DNA from: Mobula hypostoma
Taxonomy: Eukaryota
NCBI RefSeq assembly: GCF_963921235.1
Contig: NC_086108.1
Span: 20,832,001 to 20,896,000, forward strand
Reading direction: 5' to 3'
DNA length: 64,000 nucleotides
Below are positions 49,427 through 61,292 of the stretch, one piece after another (position 1 is the first letter of the stretch; every line of letters starts with the position of its first letter). Made by a program: the position numbers and the translations under genes. Below the pieces are notes generated by a model. The model searched no databases and had not been told where the DNA came from. It was given only the letters and a program-made list of their open reading frames with translations.

Positions 49427-50387
49427 TTAGAACAGAGAAACCTACAGCACATTACAGGCCTTTCGGCCCACAATGTTGTGCCGACAATGTGACCTACTCT
49501 AGAAACTGCCTAGAATTTCCCTACCGAATAACCCTCTATTTTTCTAAGCTTCATGTACCTACCTAAGAGTCTCTTAAAATACCCGATTGTATCTGCTTGC
49601 ACCACCATCACTGACAGTGCATTTCACACACCCACCACTCTCAGTGTGAAAAACTTACCCCTGACATACCCCTTGTATCTACTTCCAAGCATCTTAAAAC
49701 TATGCCTCCTCATGTAAGCCATTTCAGCCCTGGAAAAAAGCCTCTGGCTATCCACACGATCAATGCCTCTCATCATCTTATACACCTATATCAGGTCACC
49801 TCTCATCCTACACTGATCCAAGGAGAAAAGGCCAAATTCACTCAATCTATTCTCAAAAGACATGTTCTCCATTCCAGGCAACATCCTTGTAAATCTCCTC
49901 TGCACGCTCTCTATAATACCCACATCCTTCCTGTAGTGAGGTGACCTGAACTGAACACAGTGCACCAAGTGAGGTCTAACTAAGGTCTTATATAGCTGTA
50001 ACATTACCTTATGGCTCTTGAACTCAATCCCACTTTTATAAAGGCCATCACAGCATATGCCTTCTTAACAACACTGTCAACCTGTGCAGCAGTTTTGAGT
50101 GCCCTATGGACATGGACCCAAGTTCTCATTGATCCTCCACACTGCCAAGAATCTTACCATTAATATTATATTCTGTCATCAAATTTGACCTTCTGAAATG
50201 AACCACTTCACACTTATCTGGGTTGAACTCCATCTGCCATTTCTCAGGCCAGTTCTGCATCTATCAATGTCCCGCTGTACTCTCTGACAATCCTTCAGAC
50301 TATTTACAACACCCCCAACTTTTGGGTCATCAACAAACTTACTAATCCACCCTTCTACTTCCTCATCCAAGTCATTTATAAAAATCT
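49427..50387 (-). mobile_element. CR1 LINE 3' fragment
   Basis: WISKFVDD.K; LYKTLVRPHL..CVQF.SPHYRKD; CR1 tail. Confidence 0.88.
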
Positions 50388-50674
50388 TGTTTGCTTTGCC
50401 ACTTCACGGAATGTTTTAAATTTAACGTTTCCCTGCCAAGAGAATCTCAAGTTGATAATTAACAGAATGGAAGATCTGACAATTGCACTGAATTCTGTCC
50501 CAATGGTCACGATTGTTCAAATGCTCAGAATTATTTACAAAGCAACTTTCTGTCTCTGAGCTAACATACTTCACTCACTGAAATGCTCTGGTAAATCTTT
50601 ACCAAAACAAACGTATCAAGTTAGTTCCAAAACAAGTAGAGGGAAAATAAATAGATACAGAAATTATCTTTTTT

Positions 50675-50812
50675 AAACGCAAACAACAGGAATTCTGCAG
50701 ATGCTGGAAATTCAAGCAACATACATCAAAGTTGCTGGTGAACGCAGCAGGCCAAGCAGCATCTATAGGAAGAGGTGCAGTCGACGTTTCAGGCCGAGAC
50801 CCTTCGTCAGAA
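50675..50812 (-). mobile_element. Short Penelope 3'-end insertion, truncated within the hammerhead motif
   Basis: 16-bp TSD AGAAATTATCTTTTTT. The minus strand reads CTGACGAAGGGTCTCGGCCTGAAACGTCGACTG. Confidence 0.9.
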
Positions 50813-51935
50813 AGAAATTATCTTTTTTTTACCAAGTCTTCATGCATTGCAAAACAATGTTCTCATAATGCATTATTTAATGCAATAAAATACCAACTCT
50901 GACTCAAAGGAACATAACTGAAGACAACCCAGAATAAAATGCAACCATAAAATTGTTCTGAACCCTTAGACACTGTGAAAAATTAATAATCTTAATTTAG
51001 TGTCTATGGCTCTCATGAGTAAGTTCTGAATGACCACACACATTTTCCAAAATAATCTAATATACGTGGATCAGAAATATTTGTTAAGATATTACACTTG
51101 ACGAAGTAATTTTACTGAAGTATTCAAGCAGATCCCAGCTAACCTTTTGCATATTATAATGCGGTTCAAGTGATAACTTTTAATGATGCAAAAAAGATCA
51201 CTCACTTAGAAGCTGTATTATACTCATAATTTCACAGATACATAATGTTTACTTTAGAAAATTGTCATACAACAGTAAAACAACTTACCTTTCTTTAACT
51301 AAGCTTTTCTCACAAGGAGTTGAAGAACTCTTTAAAAGTATTTTTCTTAAGGCATTAATAGTAGTTGGTTTAAAAAAAAATGCCACATAAAGTACAGAGG
51401 AATACTTTATTCTTGCTGGCTAATGTAACAACTTATGTCTAGTTCAACAAGGTTCAAAACTAACTTGAACTTAATTAACAATTAAAATGACATAAACATC
51501 ATTGAGTGAGGGTTTATAAAAATAACTCATTAACACCACCAAGATCATGATGATAGAGACACAAAAGACCATGGATACTAGAGCCTGAGCAAAAATGAGC
51601 TGCTATGAGAACTCAGTGGATCAAGCAACATCTGTGGAGGGAAAATGGACAGTCAACATTTTGGGTCAGCGACTTCATCTGGTGAAAACTGAGGAGATGG
51701 CTAGTACAAAGAGATAAGCGGAGAGATGGGCAAAAGCTGGCAAGCAACAGGTATATCCTGCTGAGGGAGATTGAAACCTTGTGTTGTCAAATATTTTACT
51801 GAAAATTTGCTCTGCAAATACAGTACATCTTAATAAGAAAAATATTCACAACTATTAGTCTTTTTCCTATAATCTTTACAGATGGTATGTTGATAAAAAC
51901 TTCCAATCATTATCTGATGATTGATCATTTCACAG

Positions 51936-52861
51936 TGTGACGAAAGAGGGTTACAAAAGTACACATAGACTAAGATGTTAACTGTCCTGTGCTAGCACCA
52001 GTGGGATCAACAGTTGATCTACTACTTGTCTTCAGGAGAGAGAGATAAGTAAGACAATGGAGCAGCATTTGGAAATGTTAATGAAGAGACGAGAGAGCTT
52101 AACGGAAGGAGACACCGGTCTGAGTATTGTCAAGACCGGGTCTTTTTGAACCCTGAATTGTTTGAAGTGTGATGGACAGGCGATACCCCAGCGGGGGGAT
52201 AAAAAGGGACAGGTTCGCTAAGGCAATCGACACACAACTCCACGAGGTAACGAGACCCTGAAAGCAGTGTGCCCCCCCCCCACTAGTTGGTGGGTGTTGT
52301 TGGAGGTCTGGTCGCGGGACCAGCCAGAGACGTACAGGGTAGAAAGGTATGGACGGCAGGAACCTGGTGTATGTGTGTCCACCCTTGCCGGGGTGCTGGG
52401 TTCACCGCAGAAGAACGATCGTATCTGAAACGGAGGGGTCACAGTCGGTGACCTCAGAAGACATTACCAAGGACTCATCCAAAAGCTAACTGCGAGGAAT
52501 ATCGAAGGTCTGTGTGGAATCCGTTTTGAATATTCATTCGCTTTCGCTCTCTCTCCTTTTCCCCACCCAACGGCACAACAGTGATTACTGCGAACTGAAC
52601 TGAACTCAATTGAACTGAACTTTGCGTCACTTGAAACTGGTCATTTACCCCTAGACTGCGATAGAGCTTGATTGATCCTATTACCCTAGTTCTGTGTACA
52701 TGTGTGTTTATTCATTGCTAACCTGTTGCATTTATATCCTTACTATTAGAGTACTGTGTTGCTTATTTCTTTAATAAAACTTTCTTAGTTCCAGTAATCC
52801 AGACTCCAACTGAGTGGCCCATTTCTGCTGGTTTGGCAACCCAGTTACGGGGTACGTAACG
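51936..52861 (+). mobile_element. Solo LTR (Gypsy/ERV type)
   Basis: TGTGACG...CGTAAC(G) termini; 4-bp TSD ACAG; TATA-like GATAAAA at ~52198 and AATAAA at ~52773. Confidence 0.8.
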
Positions 52862-53369
52862 ACAGTACAAGCAGTTGTCTGAATCCCATCTGACCCAAGA
52901 CACTGCTACGCCAAGCTTTTGTTCTGTGGAATTTGACAGCTACACATCCAATTCACATAATAATTTACCTTGGAATGGAAGTTCTTAAGACATATTTTTG
53001 GAAATAATGGCTGTGTCTCAGCAAAATATGCTATGGTTGAGGGGAAAAAATGGACACGTACTCTGGAGTTCAAACAAGATAATTTCTTTAAGGATGAGTC
53101 AAACAACCTATTATGTGATAAGGAAGTATGCTATGAAGTCAGATCAAGCGAGCAGTGCAGAAATTGCTCCAACTACGAACAGTTGAAAAACATTCAATAG
53201 ATTTCAAAGCATTCTCCTAGCTTTGCATTCAAAGTGCTCAAATTTGTGAACTATTTCTGAATGCCATTACCAAAATAAATCACTAAAATAAAGTAACTTA
53301 CTTTTGTTGACTCAGTGATCTCAGTCATGGAGGTTGATGTCATTATGTCCTTCAGAAGGATGGAACTTT

Positions 53370-54820
53370 AAAAGGCACCACCCCTGACAGTGTAACCAGT
53401 TCAGTGCTAAAAATCTACACTAACCAAGTGGCTGGAGTGTTCAGGGACAGCTTCAACCTCTTGTCTATATGGTGAGGTTCCCACCTGTTTCAAGATGGCA
53501 TCAAATGTACCAGTATCCAAGGGCAGGTAACCTCCCTCAACAACTACTGGCTGATAGCACATATGTTCATCATAATGAAGTGCATCAAGAGGTTAGCTAT
53601 AGCTTGAATCAAATTCTTCCTCAGTAATGACATGGACCTATTTCAATTCGCCTATTGCCACTGTAGGTTTACAACACACACCACGTCGCTGGACCAACAT
53701 TTTGCTCTAGACCACCCGGAGAACGGGAATATATACATCAAGCTGTTGTGCACTGACGACATCTTGGTGCACAACACCATCATCACTTCAGAACACATCA
53801 AGTTCCAAGACTAGGGCCTCTGAATTGGACCCTTTACTGGGAGACCACTATATTTAGAGGAATTTCATCTCCCCCTCACTGATGATCAATACTGGTGCAC
53901 CTGAAGCACTTCATGCTTAGCTCCCTTTTCTACTCTCTCTACACCTACAACTGTACGACTACAACTCAAAAGTGATCTACAAATTTATAGATGACATCAC
54001 TGTTGTCAGAATCATGGATAGTGATGAGAAAGCACACAAGATTGAAACAGGTCAGCTGGTTGAGTGGTATCATAACAAAATTCTCGCATCCAATGTCAGC
54101 AAAAGCAAGGAACGTATTGTGGACTTTAGGATGAGCAAATCTGGTGAACATATACAAGTCCTCATTGAAGGATCTGCAGCTAAAGAGAGAGAAATCTCAT
54201 GTTCCTAGGTGCCAATATTTTAGAGGACTTATCCTGGGCTCACTACATGGATATAATCATGAAAAAGACCTGCCAGTGTCTCTACTTTCTAAGAAGTTTA
54301 AGATGCTTCAGCGTGTCACTAAAGTTTCTGACAAACTTCTACAGATGTACAGCAGCATTTTGAGTCTTAGCAGCCCCTCGTGGTATGCAAACCCTAATGC
54401 ACAGGAACGCAAGAGGCGATAGACTGGCAGACTCATCCACTTCCATCATGAGTAAAGCTCTCCCCAACAACTCTAAGAGGCAAAGTCTCAGGAAAGCAAC
54501 GTCCATCACTGAGGAACCCACCACCTAAACCATGTGCTCTTCTTGATGCTGATCCCAAGCAGGTGGTACAGGAGCATGAAAACCCATAGCTCATGGTTCA
54601 ACAACCACTTCTTCCCCACTGCCATGACTTGAAAAGCCATAATACAACCTTGCACTGCATATTTTTTTTCTCAACCTCTATAAATGTTATGTTTACTTTG
54701 TCATGTATGTATTTGAATTTACATTAACAGGTTTGTCATGTTTGTAACGTACTCTGCTGCAGCTACAAAAAGCTAATCGTCCTGGCACTTATACCCTGGG
54801 TATTTATGTCTATGAACTTG
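53370..54820 (+). mobile_element. Old degenerate Rex1/Babar-like LINE
   Basis: QFAY, KF.DDITVV, W.H.....NVSKSKE.IVDFR remnants in order. Confidence 0.75.
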
Positions 54821-55916
54821 AAAATTTTCATTTAAGTTACTGATCAAATCTAGGGCAAGAACTGAGTACAACATGCAAGGTCATTAAAAATGGAGGAACA
54901 ATTAGCTAATACAACTTTGTAGGTTGATGCTGTGAACCTGGATTATTTTTACACCATTCAGAAAGGTTCAGACTAAACTTAGAGGATAGATATATAAGAC
55001 ACATGACTTACAAACCAGTTTACTTCTTGTGCTAATGATACAATTTCATGCTGCATTTCTCCCTTCTTGCTTAATCTTTTCATAATGTTCTCCTTCATTA
55101 AAAGTCACAATAACAATGTGCGTATATCTTGAATCAAATAACAGCAATACTTTACTGACCTCAAAAGAACATTCCAGAGTGGGGTTTTTTTGATAGATTA
55201 AATTCTCAAAAACTTCCCTCAGGAAAAGATGGAATCTGAAAATCATGGTCTAAAGAAGACAGTCAGGTCTGGGATTTAAACTTGGATCACCACGACTCCC
55301 ACTGAAGTGTTACAAATTATTCTTTCAGATGTTAAGTCATGGAAAGCACTTCTGCTCTCCAAACACCAGCGGAAATTCAGCATTCAAGGGGGATTTTGTA
55401 TAAGCTGCCCCATTAGCACAAAAGTAACACTTAACAATAAATGCAGCAGTAAGCAGAACTGAAATAATAACAACAACATGAATCAGTTAATTACATGATT
55501 TCCAGTAATGTGAGGTGATAAGGTTCATAATCATCTACTTTTTGTCAATCTACCACAACTACTTTTTTTAAAACATAAAACAATCCAAATTAGAAGTCAC
55601 TTTCAGACATTTTACAATGAGATTTAAGGTTTTGCTTTTGTAAAAATTTAACTTACTTCCATTTCAGACTTTCTATACAGAACATTCCACAACCAAAAAG
55701 ATTCTTTTTCTTTTGGAAAACAATGCTGTACTGGTAGTCCTCTGTTACCCAAGGATCCTGGTGATTGTCAGCAGACAATTTAGCAATATTGATGTGATGC
55801 CACCAACACCAATGGTCTGCCAACATCCTTGTGCTGGTATGCACCACAGAATCACTTAACAGTGAAGAAATAAGCAACCACCACAGATTTTTTTTATGCC
55901 TAATACAAAGACAACA

Positions 55917-56724
55917 CAGTGGATTCCAGTTAATTGGGCCATCAGATCCTGTACATTTTGGCCTAATTAAACAGCTGACCCAATTAGCCGAAGTTTCATA
56001 GAAATAGTTAAAGAGCAATAAAAAGGACAAACTACGGTTCAACTGAGTAAAAAATTATGTATTTAAATAAAATACAGAACAAAAACTACAGCAATACTAT
56101 AAAATTGTGTATTAGTTCCTAACAGTTATCGAAAGAGGAATTCATCCAGTATATGCTGCTATTTTCTTTTGATTAACTGAGAATGAATAAACAACATCGC
56201 CATGGACAGATAATGAACTGCCTACATACAATACTTTCAATGATCGCATCCTCCAAATCTTAATTTTCATTGTAACATTCAAGATAATTGTCGAAACCTT
56301 CAAATTCTTCAAAGTTCCTAACTTGAAGTAGTGAAATAGTTTCATTTTTCACCCCGGCTATTTCTAGCATGTCCAAGCCTGAATGCTTGAAACAGTAAGC
56401 AAAAACAGTTCTGAATTATCTTATTGCTCACCAACGATCAGTGACAAAAAATACTGCTTTTTGAACAAAAATACACGCAACTGCCGCTATTTAAAAAAAC
56501 TATTCACTGTAAGCATATTGTGGTGTCTAATGGCCAAACAAGTGCATGCAAATAATGCTAGTTGAGACACTGTTCAGCAAAAGCCTCCTGTCCCAATTAA
56601 GCAGCAGAGCATGCAAAATAAACAAAGGGAATCATGACTATTTTCTCAATTAGTTTTTGTTAAGAGTTGCCCAAATAAGCAGTTGACCTGGTTAAACGAT
56701 GGCCCAATTAACCGAAATCCACTA
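55917..56724. mobile_element. Tigger-like MITE
   Basis: TIRs CAGTGGATTCCAGTTAATTGGGCCATC / GATGGCCCAATTAACCGAAATCCACTA-TA; acidic transposase-tail remnant on the minus strand. Confidence 0.8.
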
Positions 56725-58051
56725 TATTTCACAAATTGCAGCCTCAACTGCAATTGCTCAACTTAGAAGAACCCTAGTTCAGCATGGTTCAATATTATAT
56801 TGATTGCTGAATTCAGCAAGCCTTTAGGACATCTCCGTTTAAAGTTCATCCGATGCTGTTTTGCCTTTACTTTTCTCCCCACATGGTTTTTCTTTTACCA
56901 CATCAATTAGAATTGAATCTAAATTGAGATTACCAGAATCAACACAAAAAAAGCATCAGATATTAATCACCATTCATGATACATAGAAGCTTTCTCCTTT
57001 CCATCCACAGCCAAACGTCCAAAACTCCATGTTTTCACTTAAGTGCAGAGCCAATGTCTCTTATAATTACGTCAACTGAAATTTCCAATACTTCATTCAC
57101 CTGACCAATGGAAAATGCTGTAATGTAAAATTCAACTCCTTCCACTAGTCAAACATGAGCTTTGTAAAGAAAAGTTGTAATACACTATTTATATATTTAA
57201 CATTCAATATTATTTGTCCTTTATTTAAACTTGAACAAAATGCAGATTCCTACATTATTATCTTCAGAAATTTCACCTCATGTCTGTGCAGTAGTCTTTG
57301 ACTTGGCTTTACTTTAGAATCACACTTCTCTACATTGTGAAGAATTTCATTAATACCACAAAATTAAGGAGCAGCAAATTTGAAAAGTCAAGGAGAGTTC
57401 CAAACACCAGTCAGCTTCTGCCAATCTCTACATATGAATTTGTCATTCAAAAGCAATCTTGACAATATAGATACTCACAGCTTAATACTGTGAAAAAGAA
57501 AAACAAAGTACCTTTCACATTGAGATATCAAAAGAATCCATATTATGAAATAAAGCACAAATTATTTTAATCTAACTACCTCTTCATTTATGATTCACAA
57601 TAGCTACTGATATGGCTATGACAAAATTTCCTTAAACCTGTCTTGTATCATTATTCAACTGTGTTCTATACCATGATACAGAACATAACAACACAGGGAC
57701 AAGCCATTCAGTGCACAATGCTGTGCCGAACTAATTAAGTTAGTAATCAAATGCCTCACTAAACTAATCCCTTCTGCATTTTCAAAATCCACGTCTTTCC
57801 ATTTCCTGCACATTCACACACTACATTAGAGCCTCTTGAACACTTTTATCATATTTGCCTCCGCCACCATGCCTGAGAGAACATTCCGGGTACCCACTGC
57901 TCTCTGTGTGAGGAAACTTGCTCTGCAAATCTCCTTTGAATTTAGCTCCTCTCGCCTTATATGCATGTTCTATGGCATTAGGTATTTCAACCCTGGTAAA
58001 AAGATACCAGATAGAAAGCTATGCCTCTCATAATCTTACAATCCTCTATCA

Positions 58052-58126
58052 CAGGGTTCCCAACTTGTACTCCACAGACCTCTTGCTTACTGGTATGGTC
58101 CATGATATAAAGGTTAGGAACCCATA
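58052..58126. mobile_element. 75-bp hAT-type MITE
   Basis: CAGGGTTCCCAAC...GGTTAGGAACCCATA with 8-bp TSD CTCTATCA/CTCTACCA. Confidence 0.7.
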
Positions 58127-58276
58127 CTCTACCACATTTCCCCTCAGCCCTATCACTCCAGAGAAAATAACCCAAGTTTGTCCAACATCTGCTTATAGCA
58201 TATGACCTCTAATCCAACAGCATCCTAACAAACCTCTTATGCACCTTCTCCAAAGCCTTGATATCCTTCCTATAAT

Positions 58277-58587
58277 AGCATCACAATAGTGGTTACTGAG
58301 ACGCTATTACAACTTGGGGTATCGCAGTTAGGCGTTCAATCCCAGCATCCTTCGTAAGGAGTCTCTATGTCCTTCCCATGAAATGTGTGGTTTTTTGTGG
58401 CTCCTCAGGTTTCCTCCCATAGTACAAATATGTACTGGGTAGGTAAACTGGTAATGGTAGATTGTCCTGGTAGGTAAATTGTCCTGTGATTAGGTTAGGG
58501 TTAAATCGGGATTGTCAGGGGTTGCTGAGACAATGATGCTCAAAAGGCTGGAAGGGTTTCTGCGCTATATCGCGACATAAAAAATAA
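58277..58587 (+). mobile_element. tRNA-derived SINE (V-SINE-like)
   Basis: B-box-like GCGTTCAATCC and core ...GGTTTCCTCCCATAGT.CAAA. Confidence 0.6.
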
Positions 58588-58855
58588 CAGTGCAATCAAA
58601 ATTGAATACAATACTCCAAATAAGGCCTAACTAGAGTTTTCTAAAGCTTGAATTTAGTTCCTCAACTAACAAAGGTAAGCATGCCACTTGCTTTCTTTAC
58701 CATCCTATTAACTTGAGTAACCACTTTCAGGGAGCTATGGACTTGCACCACAAGATCCCTCTGTACATCAACTCTTAAAAGTCTTGCCTTAATACTGTAC
58801 CATCCATTTACCTTTGATATCTCAAAGTACAACATTTCACACTTAGAAAGGTTAA

Positions 58856-59226
58856 ATGCATGGATGGAAATTACAATGGACATTTACAAAATGGAGAAAA
58901 TAACAGTATCTGTTAATCATAAGTTGGAACAATTTGATTCATACTGGGAAAAATGGTTCAACTACATAACATCTCATAGGCCTGATTTTATTCTCACAAA
59001 TCAATGACTGTTGTAAAAAAAATCACTCCCTACTTATACATAGTTTTCTCCTTTTGCTTGTTCTTTCTTTCTTCTCTTTTCTATAGGTGTATACCTCAGG
59101 ATAAATATTATGTGGAGATTTGTGGCAAATATGATTGTATGATATATATGTACAATATCTGAAACACATCTTATGGAAATGTTTGTTTGATGATGAACTT
59201 CAATAAAAAATAAATAACAAAAAAAA
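58856..59226 (+). mobile_element. L1 3' end with poly(A)
   Basis: Same family as 43437-43999; AATAAA, A-tail, TSD AAAGGTTAAA. Confidence 0.85.
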
Positions 59227-59969
59227 GGTTAAACTCCATCTGCCATTTATCTGCCTATATATGCAAAAGATCTCTATCCCATTTCATCCTGTGGCATCTT
59301 CTACACTATTGATGACACCACTAACTTTCATATCTTCTAAAAATTTACTAAACCACTTATCTATAAGATTGAATTTGAAGGCAGAGTATAAAGCTCACAG
59401 CAAGATTGTTAGCAGTGTGGAGGAATAGAGGGATCTTGGAGTCCAAGACCATAGATCCCTCAAAGTTGCTGTGCAAGTTGATAGAGTGGTTGAGAAGTCA
59501 TATAGTGTGTTGGCCATTATTCAGGGGAAAGAGTTCACGAGTCCCGAGGTAATGATGCTACAATAGAGATATTTAAAAGATCTTAGAAAGGCAGGTGGGT
59601 GCAAGAAAAATAGAGGGTAATGAACTCTATATGAAAGGTTAGATTAATCATGCAGTAGGTTTCTATTGGTTGGCATATCATTGGCCGAAAGGCCCATAAT
59701 GTGCTATATTGCTCCGTTTTCAGCCAGGTCATTTACATAGATCATAAACAGCAAAAGGATCTCAGCATGGATCTTTGTCAAACACCACTAGTCACAGATC
59801 TTTAGCCAGAATAAGTCCGTTTGGACTTGAGCAAGTCAATTTGGAATCCAATTGGCCAACTCACAGTGGATCTCGTGTCTTAATCTTCCCAATGAGTCTT
59901 CATGTGGGACTTTGTCAAACCTTACTAAAATCCATGTAGACAGCATCGACAACAGTGCTTCTGTCATCA

Positions 59970-60632
59970 AGAGTAACCTGTCATTTCTGTACAGGTTATA
60001 CCTTCCCCAGAAGAGATCCCAATGATCCAGAAACCTCAAACCCTGGCCCCTGCACCAGTTCCTGAGCCACACATTCATCTGCCAAATCATTCTATTCTTA
60101 CTCTAACTGGTGTGTGGCACAGGCAGCCATCCAGAGATGACTACCCTTGAGGTCCTGTTTTCCAGCTTCCTACCTAGATCTCTATATTTGCTCCGCAGGA
60201 TCTCATCTCTTTTCCTACCTATGTCACTGGTACCAATACTGTATGTATCACAACTTCTTGCGGCTCACGCTCCCCCTTTAGAATACGATTGGCTCGATCC
60301 AAGACATCCCTAACCCTGGCACCTGGGAGGTATCATCTAGGTGCCTATTTCATCCACAGAATCGCCTGCCTGCTCCTTTAACTATGGAGATCACCAATGC
60401 ATCAACACTGCACTCCTCTTCTCCACTCTTCCCTTCTGAACCACAGAGCCAGACAGTGCCAGAAATCTGGCTACTGCAGCTTTCCCCAATAGATCATCCC
60501 CCACAACGGTATCCAAAGCAGTATACTTATTATTGAAAGGAACGGCCACATGGGTACTCTGCAGACTATGTGTTCCCTTTTCCTCTCCTAACAGTCACAC
60601 AGCTACCTGCTTCCTGCATCTTAGGGGTGACT
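59970..60632 (-). mobile_element. CR1 ORF1 (esterase) fragment
   Basis: NVWLRNWCRGQGLRFLDHWDLFWGR; homologous to 24500-25200. Confidence 0.85.
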
Positions 60633-60714
60633 ATAAGACCCATAGATAACAAAATAATATCAGATTTTTCACAATAATAGTTTTTTTCTTAATTTTGTGA
60701 CCATTAATTGGGAT

Positions 60715-61080
60715 TGGACAGTGGCACAGCTATTAAAACAGCTTTCTCACAGTACCAGTAACCCAGATGCAATCCTCACTTCTGCTGCTGACCACAAAGA
60801 ATTTGCATATTCTTCTGTGACCACATGGATTTTCCCCAGGTACTCTAGTGTCCTCCCAGATCCCAAAAATACGCAGGCTGTTAGTTTAATTGACCATTGC
60901 AAATTGTCCCAAGTTCGTAAATGAGTGGCTGAATCTGAGGGAGTGATTGGAATGTGGAAAGAATAAAATAGGCATACAATTAGTGTTGGGGAGAAAAAGG
61001 TTCCCTGATGGTCAATAGATACAGTGGGGTAAACGACTATTTTTGTCATGACATATCCATGACTACGATCTATGACTCCT
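60715..61080 (+). mobile_element. Old V-SINE/HE1-like SINE
   Basis: tRNA-like head, core GAATTTGCATATTCT..GTGACC..TGGATTTTCCCCAGGTACTC, CR1-like tail. Confidence 0.6.
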
Positions 61081-61292
61081 TCAAAGAAAGTGATGGAATC
61101 AAGTACAAGCACTGTTTAAGAGATATTTTGACAATCACTTGCATTGGCATGGCCAAGAAAGATAAGGATTTAATGCAGGTAAATGGGATTAGTACAGATG
61201 GGGAAAGAAAGGTGGGCTGAAGAACCTATCTCTGCTGTACAAATCTATGACACTATAATCAAACAGCTTTCCAAATGAGAGCTGAAAATTAG

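Larger units (their letters stand above)
57678..59945 (-). mobile_element. Old CR1 3' portion with a nested MITE, SINE, L1 tail and an opposite-strand CR1 piece
   Basis: FDKVPH, KCEMLYF, QRDL.VQVHSSLKV and a CR1 tail on the minus strand. Confidence 0.72.

Noticed and set aside
51283..51360. Minus-strand AG|GTAAGT donor (similar ones at ~53300 and ~55655)
   Set aside because: Weak or absent acceptors; translations do not match the expected RALGPS2 exons.
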